Assembly: GCA_964652335.1 (NCBI GenBank)
Contig: CAZZDL010000008.1
Location: 3,646 to 31,443 of the forward strand
Direction of reading: 5' to 3'
From: Candidatus Micrarchaeota archaeon
Lineage (GTDB): Archaea > B1Sed10-29 > WALL01 > WAMD01
Length of the DNA stretch: 27,798 bases
Under the pieces are notes generated by a model. It searched no databases. It was not told the DNA's origin and was given only the letters and a program-made list of their open reading frames with translations. Within the stretch, counting starts at the first letter, position 1. Every line of letters begins with the position of its first letter. This document shows positions 7,171 through 15,920 of the stretch, piece after piece. The position numbers and the translations under genes were made by a program.

Positions 7171-9615
7171 TCACCTTTCAATATCCAAGCTGATGTTCAT
7201 GTTCTCTATGCCAATGCTCCCTTCTCCTTTGGCAAATACAATCTCTTTTATCTTGAGGGTCTCCTTCAAGTCTTTTTCCCAATGCTGGATATCGGCGTTG
7301 TATATTGTAACCTTATTCAATTCCCCTGCCTGTGACATCTGATTCTTTGTCTTGAATCCCCTAATCTCTGATGCAATAGCCATAACCATCTTTCCTTCCT
7401 CTTCTATTTTCTCATCTGAAAACCCTATTTCATTGGGCCAGCTTGCTAGGTGCACAGATGCTAGCCCTGTGAACTTCTTCAAATACAATTCATGTATCTC
7501 CTCTGTTATATGTGGAATAAATGGAGCTAGCATCTTGGTAACGTCAACTAAAATCCTGTACAGAACCTCTCTTGCTACTTTCTTCTCATCCTCGTTATCT
7601 CCATAGAGTCTGGGTTTTGCCATTTCCAAATAATTATCACAAACTTCGTGCCAGAAGAATTCTCTAATAGCATTCAGCGCCTTTCCAAACTCATACTTGT
7701 CCAATGCCTGGGTTGAATACCTAATCACAGAATCTAGCCTAGATAATATCCATTTATCAGATGGTCTCATAATTGACTTAACCCCGTCCAAACCATCTGG
7801 CTCAAAACCCTCTAAATGCTTCCCTATGAAGAAGCTTGCATTCCATAGCTTTGTCTGGAATTTACTTGCATATTTTATCTGCTTCCAGTCAAACGGATAA
7901 TCTTCCCCTAGGGCAGCCCCCAAAGCCCATTGCCTCAATGCATCTGCACCATATTTATCAAGAACTTCCTCTGGTGGGATGATATTACCATAGGACTTAT
8001 CCATCTTTCTCCCGTCAGGGCCAGCCACCATACCATTTACTACTACATCTTTAAACGGTGGTTTCCCTGTGAGTATTAGGTCTCTAAATATTGTATAAAA
8101 TGCCCATGTTCTAATTATGTCATATCCCTGTGGTCTAAGCGTAACTGGATAAACTCGGCTAAATAGCTTGTCATCCCTTTTCCAATGAGCTACCACCAAT
8201 GGAGTTATACTTGAATCAACCCAACAATCACAAACATCCTTTGATCCCTCTATGTTAGTAGATCCACATTTGGGACATTTATCCACAGGTGGTTTGTCCT
8301 TTGCAGGATCAACGAACCTGCCAGCCAACAAATCCTCTTCCTTAGGTGGTATTATCTCACCACAATCCTTGCAGTACCAGAATGGAATTGGGGTTCCATA
8401 TACCCTTTGCCTGGATATTATCCAATCCCAATCCAGGCTATCTGCCCAGGCTTTCAGCCTTTCCTTCATGTGCTCAGGATACCAATTCATTGTATCTGCT
8501 GCATCACTTACATCCTTAGTAAATTCCTTAACCTTTATGAACCACTGAGGTATTGGTAGTAGCTCAATTGGATGCATGCATGAATGCCTTTCTGCATGAA
8601 CTAAAACATTCTGCTCATAGTCCTCAACCTTAACCAAATAACCATCTTCCTTTAGCTTTTCTGCCACTTTCTCTCTGGCTTCATCCGCCTTCATGCCTGC
8701 AAATTCTCCAGCCAGCTCTGTGAGCCTTCCCTTCGGATCAATGCTTATGTAAACTGGAAGGTCATACTTCATCTGCCATTTTACGTCCATTTCATCTCCA
8801 AACGTACAAAGGTAAACCGCCCCTGTACCAAATTCCTTGTCCACCGCATCATCTGCTATTATAGGAACCTCTCTATCAACGTAAGGGATAAACGCCTTTT
8901 TCCCAATTAAGTGTTTGTATCTATCATCCTCAGGATGAACAAATATCCCGACACATGAGAACATGAGTTCTGGCCTAGTTGTGGCAATGGTTATCTTCTC
9001 TTCAGTCTTCTTCCCATCTTCAACTATAGGGAAGGCAATGTACCATAGCTTGCTTTTTCTTGGTATGTATCCAACCTCTGCCTTTGCCAAGGCTGTCTCG
9101 CATCTCGGACACCATAAAACTGGGGCTTGGCTTCTGTAGATCAGCCCCTTCCTGTAGAACTCCAAGAGAGAGTACTGAACCAATGCCTTGTACCATGGCA
9201 TTCTGGTCTCATAATATTCATCCCAATCAGCTGAATACCCAAGCCTTAGGTACTGATCCTTCATCTTGGCTATTGCCTCTGTTGTCCATTCTTCACATTT
9301 TTCCCTGAATTTGTCTCTATCCTTCTTATCAATTCCGTAAACCTTTTCCACTTTTAGTTCTGTAGGAAGCCCATGACAGTCAAAGCCTACTGGAAACAGA
9401 ACATTGTATCCTCTCATCCTCTTGTACCTAGCTATAAAATCTATCCATGAGTGATTCAAAGCATGACCCATGTGTAGACTTCCAGACGTGAATGAAGGTG
9501 GATTGTCTATACTGTATATCTTTCCTTCCTTACTGGGATCAAACTTGTACACGCCATCTTTAATCCATCTGTCCTGCCATTTTCTCTCTATCTCTTCAAA
9601 ATCATACCTTGGCAT
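7171..9615 (-). CDS. valS: Valine--tRNA ligase (archaeal type)
   Basis: HMGH, GFDCHGLPTE, ATTRPEL, GTGAV, WDWIISRQR, RPQGYDIIRTW and KMDKS; GAGGTG RBS. Confidence 0.96.
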   Translation of the reverse strand: MPRYDFEEIERKWQDRWIKDGVYKFDPSKEGKIYSIDNPPSFTSGSLHMGHALNHSWIDFIARYKRMRGYNVLFPVGFDCHGLPTELKVEKVYGIDKKDRDKFREKCEEWTTEAIAKMKDQYLRLGYSADWDEYYETRMPWYKALVQYSLLEFYRKGLIYRSQAPVLWCPRCETALAKAEVGYIPRKSKLWYIAFPIVEDGKKTEEKITIATTRPELMFSCVGIFVHPEDDRYKHLIGKKAFIPYVDREVPIIADDAVDKEFGTGAVYLCTFGDEMDVKWQMKYDLPVYISIDPKGRLTELAGEFAGMKADEAREKVAEKLKEDGYLVKVEDYEQNVLVHAERHSCMHPIELLPIPQWFIKVKEFTKDVSDAADTMNWYPEHMKERLKAWADSLDWDWIISRQRVYGTPIPFWYCKDCGEIIPPKEEDLLAGRFVDPAKDKPPVDKCPKCGSTNIEGSKDVCDCWVDSSITPLVVAHWKRDDKLFSRVYPVTLRPQGYDIIRTWAFYTIFRDLILTGKPPFKDVVVNGMVAGPDGRKMDKSYGNIIPPEEVLDKYGADALRQWALGAALGEDYPFDWKQIKYASKFQTKLWNASFFIGKHLEGFEPDGLDGVKSIMRPSDKWILSRLDSVIRYSTQALDKYEFGKALNAIREFFWHEVCDNYLEMAKPRLYGDNEDEKKVAREVLYRILVDVTKMLAPFIPHITEEIHELYLKKFTGLASVHLASWPNEIGFSDEKIEEEGKMVMAIASEIRGFKTKNQMSQAGELNKVTIYNADIQHWEKDLKETLKIKEIVFAKGEGSIGIENMNISLDIER

Positions 9616-9625
9616 AAAAGCACCT

Positions 9626-10033
9626 CTAGAATACTTCTTTTATCTTTCCTTTTACCATCTTCTCTATTCCGATACTAACATCTTCCGGAACCTCTATTAC
9701 CAATGCCTTCCATTCAATACCCAAATCCATGGCTGCCTTGAGTCGCCTGTGGCCGTCAAGTAAAATCAGCTTATTTCCCTTTTTCAAAAGGATAACAGGA
9801 GTATCATATCCATATGGGATCGCCTTCTTCACTCTTTCCACCTTCTCATTGAAGGTAGCTTCTTCCTCTATGCCTGGATAGGTGTAATAAACCTCCTCAA
9901 TGTCCTTTGGAGAAAGAATGATCTCAGATTTTTCTATAGGTATTTCTGGGTATATCTTCTTGTAGTATTCAACAAGCCTTTCAAAAAGCTTTTTCTCTTC
10001 ATAGTCCTGTATAAGCTCTTCCATAATCACCAC
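9626..10033 (-). CDS. Stand-alone ParB/sulfiredoxin-fold protein
   Basis: GYDTPVIL..LILLDGHRRLKAA motif; no HTH; lies 10 nt upstream of valS. Confidence 0.85.
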   Translation of the reverse strand: MVIMEELIQDYEEKKLFERLVEYYKKIYPEIPIEKSEIILSPKDIEEVYYTYPGIEEEATFNEKVERVKKAIPYGYDTPVILLKKGNKLILLDGHRRLKAAMDLGIEWKALVIEVPEDVSIGIEKMVKGKIKEVF

Positions 10034-10095
10034 TAATGCTGAAATTAGGTGACAATTGATTTTAATATTTTTCCCTAATTAATGCTCCTTAACTC

Positions 10096-11904
10096 TCACT
10101 TATATCTCTTTGACCCCCTAGTCCGCCTACTGATCATTTCTAACTTTTTCAACACAGATAACTTTCCCTCACCTGAAATCTTCTTTACCCAGAATATACT
10201 TTCGTCTACCCCGCATATATCCTTCCGCCCAAGCTGTTTCAGGGAATAGCCCTTTTTCATAGGTAATTCTGTGTAAAGTTCATGAGCAACTCTAGGGTTT
10301 ATGCTCTCCCACCTTCTAACTTGAAAATTAGCCGGAGTGATTGCCACTCTTTCATAACCATTTCTCTTAGCATACTCTTCCACAGCATCTAGCAGAACCT
10401 CTGCCCATTTTTTCAATCTCTTTTTGAGGGACGGCCTTACCTTAACATGTGGTGAGAATATACTTGACTGAATGTTTATGACATATAATGTTTTGCCAAT
10501 TGGATACAACTTTACATACCCTAAGGTATCTGGGAAATCAATGGCTCTATCCCAACTAATGCCCTCTAGATTTTTTGGAAACATGGCTAGAGTTATTATC
10601 TTTCTTAGATACTTTTCCTCCTCTATGGCTGGACCTACAGCTAGCCTCACAATAGAACCAGTTGGTAGTCTAGATTGTTTCATTGCATGGAGTTTTTGAA
10701 TTAAATCATATATGTCTGCATAACTCATTTCCTCTTTTATCAACCTTTCCAGCTCTGGGACATATGCTCCTTTCTGCCTAGCAACCTTGAGCAGCTCATC
10801 CTTGCTAATCATATTCCTCTTAGGAATCAAAAATGTTCCATCCTTAGTTTTAATCTTCGTTTCAATCATTTTTCCTTTGATTATATCCTCTTTCAAAAAC
10901 CGCAATATTCTGTCAACGCTCCCCTTGTTCACGATCCATTGCTCCTCCTCCAAAAGAGGAGGTACGTTCCAATAACTCCTTGTGTATATCCTTATCATTT
11001 GTTGAAGGTCTTTTTCGCTGTCAAACTCGCGCCCGCTCACAGATCCTCCCATAACCCTTTCCCATGCTTTTTTCTTTTCTATCTCTTCCTTTTCATAGTC
11101 CTTTATCTTATCAAATTCATCAGGGCTCATGCTCTGGAATCTAGAAGAGAGGTTGATTATTAACTCAGACATTTCATTGGGATCCTCTTCACCTGAATTA
11201 ACTTTTTCCAATAACTTCCTTGCTAGCTTTGGATTCTTCGCAATGGCTGTCGCCCATGTATACTTGTAATCCTCAGGTATCTTGTACTTTTTCAGTATAT
11301 CTACTGCCTCTTCCAAAGGAGCATAATTCCCTGGCTCACACATAAGCAAAACTGTCAACAGAAACGGAAAATGATTCCTTGGCAGTTTATTCTTCTCAAT
11401 CAGATCAACGAGCTTGTTTACAGCCCATTTCTTGGATGTAAGGTATGAAACAGTAAGCTGAAAACTGTTCTCATCAATGAACCCCTTCTCCCAGAGATCA
11501 ATGGCCCTCTTGACTTCCTCCTCTGTCTCTGGCATGAAATTTACGACTCTCGTGAAATACTCTGGAGGGATACCAGTATTTGCTACATAATCAACATGCT
11601 CTTTCTTCACGTCTTTGAAAAGATAAAACCTATCGTAAAGGTGTTCTGGTTTTATTTTTCCCTCTTTGATAAGCTCTATTATCCTCTTCTTCGCCCCCTC
11701 ATCTTTAAGATTTATGAGCGCGAACCAGACAGGGATGATTTGAGTAATGTCAAACTTCTTCTCTTTTATCAGATCAAGAAGCTCCTTTTGATGTTCTACC
11801 CCAGTAGCAGAAATCAATTTGTCGGCAAACTCCCTATCAAAACCCATCTGAATTAGACGTTCTCTGGCCTTGTCCAGTTTGGTCTTTTTCTGCCTTGAAG
11901 GCAT
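10096..11904 (-). CDS. Large hypothetical protein: helical N-terminal region, possible GNAT-like C-terminal domain
   Basis: 602-aa ORF. C-terminal TLGYVKL..LYVINIQS..WAEVLLDAVEEYAKRNGYERVAI..LY..LP.K.GY pattern. Confidence 0.7.
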   Translation of the reverse strand: MPSRQKKTKLDKARERLIQMGFDREFADKLISATGVEHQKELLDLIKEKKFDITQIIPVWFALINLKDEGAKKRIIELIKEGKIKPEHLYDRFYLFKDVKKEHVDYVANTGIPPEYFTRVVNFMPETEEEVKRAIDLWEKGFIDENSFQLTVSYLTSKKWAVNKLVDLIEKNKLPRNHFPFLLTVLLMCEPGNYAPLEEAVDILKKYKIPEDYKYTWATAIAKNPKLARKLLEKVNSGEEDPNEMSELIINLSSRFQSMSPDEFDKIKDYEKEEIEKKKAWERVMGGSVSGREFDSEKDLQQMIRIYTRSYWNVPPLLEEEQWIVNKGSVDRILRFLKEDIIKGKMIETKIKTKDGTFLIPKRNMISKDELLKVARQKGAYVPELERLIKEEMSYADIYDLIQKLHAMKQSRLPTGSIVRLAVGPAIEEEKYLRKIITLAMFPKNLEGISWDRAIDFPDTLGYVKLYPIGKTLYVINIQSSIFSPHVKVRPSLKKRLKKWAEVLLDAVEEYAKRNGYERVAITPANFQVRRWESINPRVAHELYTELPMKKGYSLKQLGRKDICGVDESIFWVKKISGEGKLSVLKKLEMISRRTRGSKRYK

Positions 11905-12018
11905 AGATTCACTTCCTAGAACCTATTCGTTGACCTTACCTATTGATTTTACTCATTGATTTAATCAACAATAAATTAAAAAGATTGAGCAAATTGTAAC
12001 TGGCTTACAAGAAGAATG

Positions 12019-12810
12019 TTACATAAACCTAGACAATCCCTCTAGTCCAAGCTCCTTTGCTAGATCAAGCCTCATGAAATCCTTTGCGGCTATACATTTG
12101 ACTCCTGTTTCTTCTGTTATATCCCTTGCCATCCTCTCTGGGCCGTATCTCAATGCCCTTATTCCAAAATGCTGGATTATTGCTAGCTTCGGTTTCGCAG
12201 CATTCACCAGTTCAATCGCTCCTCCTAGGCTCATAGCATCTTCAAAGACCTCTTTATCTGGAGCGATTGTATTCATAATGATCGCGTCCACTCCTTTAAA
12301 CTGTTTCACAAAGTCGTTCTGAACTCCAGAATCAGAGGTATAACCCAGTTTTATCTTTCCATCGTCCAAGACAAAACCTATTGCTGTTTCCTCTGTGTGA
12401 AATGCCTTTGTTATTCTGATATTCATGTCACTAACAGACAACTCATCACCAGGAATTCCTATCTTCCAATCTGTTAACGATTTGTGATACTCTGATATGC
12501 CTTGCACGTCATTATTCCCTTCTAGAAAAGCCTTACTACCAATTAGCATTCCTCTATGCTTTCTCGTCCCTTCTGTCATTGCCTCTACGATGGCGGGAGT
12601 ATCTACGCAATGATCTGGATGACTATGTGAAACAAATATTAGCCTAGTCTTTGTTGGGTTCTCCTTAGTCTGCCATGCATTCACCAATGCCCCAGGGCCA
12701 GGATCCACATGTATCTGCACGCTAGACTTTATCAAAAACCCGCCTGTCTTCCTTTTCTGGAATGACATAACAAATCTTCCGCCACCTGTCCCAAGGAAAA
12801 TTAGTTGCAT
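12019..12810 (-). CDS. Metallo-beta-lactamase-fold hydrolase (RNase Z/PhnP-like archaeal family)
   Basis: MQLIFLGTGGG, VDPGPG, SHSHPDH (HxHxDH), YTSDS and QHFG. Start reassigned to ATG 12810. Confidence 0.9.
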   Translation of the reverse strand: MQLIFLGTGGGRFVMSFQKRKTGGFLIKSSVQIHVDPGPGALVNAWQTKENPTKTRLIFVSHSHPDHCVDTPAIVEAMTEGTRKHRGMLIGSKAFLEGNNDVQGISEYHKSLTDWKIGIPGDELSVSDMNIRITKAFHTEETAIGFVLDDGKIKLGYTSDSGVQNDFVKQFKGVDAIIMNTIAPDKEVFEDAMSLGGAIELVNAAKPKLAIIQHFGIRALRYGPERMARDITEETGVKCIAAKDFMRLDLAKELGLEGLSRFM

Positions 12811-12902
12811 GCAGAAAGTTACAAACTTGATAGATTTAAAAATATCGAATAACAAGCGAGTCATGATTAAACATCATTAAATGAAAAAACCGAGAAGGGT
12901 GA

Positions 12903-13532
12903 TCACTCTTTTTCTTCCTTCTCTGGTTTGCGCTTGCTTAGCTTGTATACGATAAGCCCCAGGATAGCTATTAGTAATATGCCCCCTCCTGCTATCAGCA
13001 TAACTGTATTATCCATACCCTTATTTATATTCTCGCTGCTGCCAGTTGGAGCTGGGGCTGAAGCCGAAGGTGTTTCATCACTTGGAACAACCTCTGCTGG
13101 TATTTCCTCTGGTGGCCATATTTTGTTATGGAGGTCAGCTAATAATTCATCCATGTCAAAAGGAGGATCCGCATGTGAAGTTAGCCAATAGGTCAGCCAC
13201 TCATGATACGTATCTACCTTATCTAATAACTCATAATCCCCATAGTTCTGAATGCATGCCTTAGTGTGAGCTCCTCCGTAGTATTCCAATGCCACAACTC
13301 TTCCATTCCAGTCTCCTTGATTGAAATTCCATTCCTTCTCTGCCTCCCTAGCTCCCTTCAAGAGATAATATGTACACTTGTCCCATATCTTGAATTGTTC
13401 ATAACAAAGGCCTGCGTCTATATACTTCCCCTGGTTTGCTAACTCGTCACATTGGTTTAGGCTATCATAGCTAGCTGCAATTGTAAATGGAACTAACAAT
13501 GCCATAATGACTACTAGAAAACTCAATCTCAT
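12903..13532 (-). CDS. Exported protein with C-terminal membrane anchor
   Basis: Signal peptide, Cys-containing helical domain, P/S/T-rich linker, TM helix then KLSKRK; AGGTGA RBS. Confidence 0.8.
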   Translation of the reverse strand: MRLSFLVVIMALLVPFTIAASYDSLNQCDELANQGKYIDAGLCYEQFKIWDKCTYYLLKGAREAEKEWNFNQGDWNGRVVALEYYGGAHTKACIQNYGDYELLDKVDTYHEWLTYWLTSHADPPFDMDELLADLHNKIWPPEEIPAEVVPSDETPSASAPAPTGSSENINKGMDNTVMLIAGGGILLIAILGLIVYKLSKRKPEKEEKE

Positions 13533-13579
13533 GAAATCACCTGTTAGATTATTGAGCCAGACACATAAAAATGTGGCTG

Positions 13580-14749
13580 TTAGAAAACATTTATCTTTCC
13601 TTCAACAAAATCATCTGTCAGGGAAGTTATCTCCTCTAGCCATTTCTCTGCTATGTACCTGGCCTTGTCCCTAGCCTTGTCCACATCCCCTTCCAATGCT
13701 ATCTTCAAAACCTGTGGCTCGTTTATTGGCTTACCTATCTGAGACAGAATCTCAACGCTTGCATAGCTAACCTCAGGTATCCCCTCAACTATGTCCTTTG
13801 CTATCCTATTAGCTAAAACATTGTACAGCTTTCCCACATGATTGACTGGATTCTTCCCAGCTAAAGCTTCAAGTGACATTGGCCTGCTTGGAGTTATCAA
13901 GCCGTTACCTCTATTTCCTCTACCAACCTCTCCATCGTCTCCATTTTCTGCAGACAGACCTGTTACTGTTATGTAAACGCTTCCCTTAGACGGGTCATCA
14001 GCTGTATTTACATTAACTTCAACCTCTTTTTCAAAGCTAGCTAAGAGGTTGTCCAAGTCATTTTTCATCTCTTCCTTGAACTTAACATACTCATCCACAT
14101 TACTAACATACTTGGAAACAAATGCTGCTGCAACAGTTATCTTGTAGTTCTCACCGTTCCTCAATCCCATTACCTTTATATCCTCTCCCAACCATGGATG
14201 CTTAGAAAGGTATTCTTTAGAATTCAGGTATGTCTCTGTCTCCAAAACCATCTTTTCCAGAGCATCAAATGGATAATATCCAACTCCAAAACTAGTATCG
14301 TTCGCTAGAGGGATCTTTCCTCTTTCAAACAACTCTGTTAGATCCTGTGAGCCTTGCCCTATCTGAATGTCAATATCAGTATGCAACTCAACATTTAAAT
14401 GCCTAAACTGGGACATGTAGTCTATTATTGCCTTTCTAGCTATTTCATCCACAGGTATTTTCTTCTCACCAACCTCAGTAATAGCTCTACCGCTTTGTAA
14501 GAGTATCATGGGCTTTATGATTTCTCCACCACCGAACTCAGGTGAAGCCCTTCCAGCAATTAGAAGGAACTTGTCAACGTTATGATGGAGTATTGTGCCA
14601 AAGTTTTCCAGATAGTACTTACTCAATTCTCTTGAAACTGCCTCAGCACATCCGTCAGAAATGCTATCTGGGTGACCAAAACCTTTTCTTTCAACTATTT
14701 CAGTCTCAGGCATTATCCATCTGTTTTCCTCAACTGATATGTTCTTCAT
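13580..14749 (-). CDS. mat: S-adenosylmethionine synthetase, archaeal type
   Basis: [40 protein letters not shown] and [23 protein letters not shown] favours ATG 14749. Confidence 0.97.
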   Translation of the reverse strand: MKNISVEENRWIMPETEIVERKGFGHPDSISDGCAEAVSRELSKYYLENFGTILHHNVDKFLLIAGRASPEFGGGEIIKPMILLQSGRAITEVGEKKIPVDEIARKAIIDYMSQFRHLNVELHTDIDIQIGQGSQDLTELFERGKIPLANDTSFGVGYYPFDALEKMVLETETYLNSKEYLSKHPWLGEDIKVMGLRNGENYKITVAAAFVSKYVSNVDEYVKFKEEMKNDLDNLLASFEKEVEVNVNTADDPSKGSVYITVTGLSAENGDDGEVGRGNRGNGLITPSRPMSLEALAGKNPVNHVGKLYNVLANRIAKDIVEGIPEVSYASVEILSQIGKPINEPQVLKIALEGDVDKARDKARYIAEKWLEEITSLTDDFVEGKINVF

Positions 14750-14774
14750 TTGTAACACCTCTATTTGTCATTAG

Positions 14775-15713
14775 CTATTTCTCCATAAACTTAGCCACGA
14801 GCAAGGGAAGGATAACTGTGGCATCTCCTTCTATTGTAACGTATTTCGCATTCTCTTTTACCTTTCCCCATGACACAGCCTCTCTAACCCTTGCCCCTGA
14901 TAGAGAGCCATCCCATTCCACGGCTGTAGTAACATAAACTGCGTAATCTAGTCCATCCTTAAACTGGTTCCACCAAATGGTATGGTGCTTTGAAATACCT
15001 CCTCCAATCATCAATGCCCCTGTCTTCTTATTTGAAAAGACAATATCTGCAAGCTTGTCCTCATCCTTAAACACATTCACATTGAAATCCTTGTGATCCT
15101 GTCTAAACATCCATATTTGGCTACCAACTGCTCCATCAGTTATTCCTGGTATGAACACAGGTATCCTATTCTTCCACGCCCAATATACTATGCTCTCCTC
15201 TGCCTTCTCCTCCCCCTCTAGCCTTTTTCCTATTTCCCATACAAGCTCATAGCTAGCTAGATCCCTTTTTCCAGAATCATATATATCCTTCAATATCGGC
15301 TGAAGCTTCTTTTCCAAAACTATGCCATAGCTTTCATTTGGGACAAATATATTGCCAAGTCTATTTATCCCTTTTTCATGCAGCTCTTTATCATCTGCAA
15401 GGAAGTGGCCGTGATAGTAATCCTTCCATATTCTAGCCAGGTCATGATCAAGGGTTCCACATGTAGTTATTACTGCATTAAACTTCTTCTCTTTGATTAG
15501 GTCTCTAATAATTCCTCTTGTCCCAGTTGCAATGATACAAGCAGGAAAAGAGAGAAAGTTATAACAGTCCTCAGAGAACATTTTTTCCAAAATCTTAACA
15601 CCCATTCCAAGATGCTTTGCGACAAAGCCACCAGAATCTAGATATTCCTCTGCTAGCTCAGAGATAGAAGTCTTCCCAGACACATGCATATCCTTTATTG
15701 GCTCTAGTTCCAT
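14775..15713 (-). CDS. dys: Deoxyhypusine synthase
   Basis: GINRLGNIFVP, PGITDGAVG, GGGISKHH and DGSLSGARVREAVSWGK (catalytic Lys). Confidence 0.97.
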   Translation of the reverse strand: MELEPIKDMHVSGKTSISELAEEYLDSGGFVAKHLGMGVKILEKMFSEDCYNFLSFPACIIATGTRGIIRDLIKEKKFNAVITTCGTLDHDLARIWKDYYHGHFLADDKELHEKGINRLGNIFVPNESYGIVLEKKLQPILKDIYDSGKRDLASYELVWEIGKRLEGEEKAEESIVYWAWKNRIPVFIPGITDGAVGSQIWMFRQDHKDFNVNVFKDEDKLADIVFSNKKTGALMIGGGISKHHTIWWNQFKDGLDYAVYVTTAVEWDGSLSGARVREAVSWGKVKENAKYVTIEGDATVILPLLVAKFMEK

Positions 15714-15777
15714 TTACACCACTACTTGTATTTCAGTTTCATTAAAAATTTTTTAAATTTTTAAATCACTAGTTTTT

Positions 15778-15793
15778 AAACCTTACGTAGAAT
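15778..15793. repeat. 16-bp direct repeat, left
   Basis: AAACCTTACGTAGAAT, identical to 18107-18122. Confidence 0.93.
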
Positions 15794-15812
15794 CGGGAAG
15801 ATATAATCTTGT

Positions 15813-15831
15813 GGATAAGTTTTTAATATAA
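15813..15831 (+). promoter_or_regulatory. BRE/TATA promoter of the cassette
   Basis: GGATAAGTTTTTAATATAA; predicted start ~15848-15851. Confidence 0.6.
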
Positions 15832-15849
15832 AAAAACCAAAAGATAGAC

Positions 15850-15907
15850 GGGGGTCATGAGGCGACATTTCGTCTCAACTAAGGGGGACGTCGCCTCGCA
15901 CACCCCC
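15850..15907 (+). ncRNA. Candidate structured RNA / 5' leader (long bulged hairpin)
   Basis: GGGGGT(15850-55)/ACCCCC(15902-07); TGAGGCGA(15858-65)/TCGCCTCG(15891-98); CATTT bulge; CGTCTC(15871-76)/GGGACG(15885-90). Confidence 0.65.
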
Positions 15908-15920
15908 ATGGAGGGAGGAT

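Noticed and set aside
3375..15889. GGGGGAC shared by both GC-rich elements
   Set aside because: Only 7 nt of low complexity, in different structural contexts.
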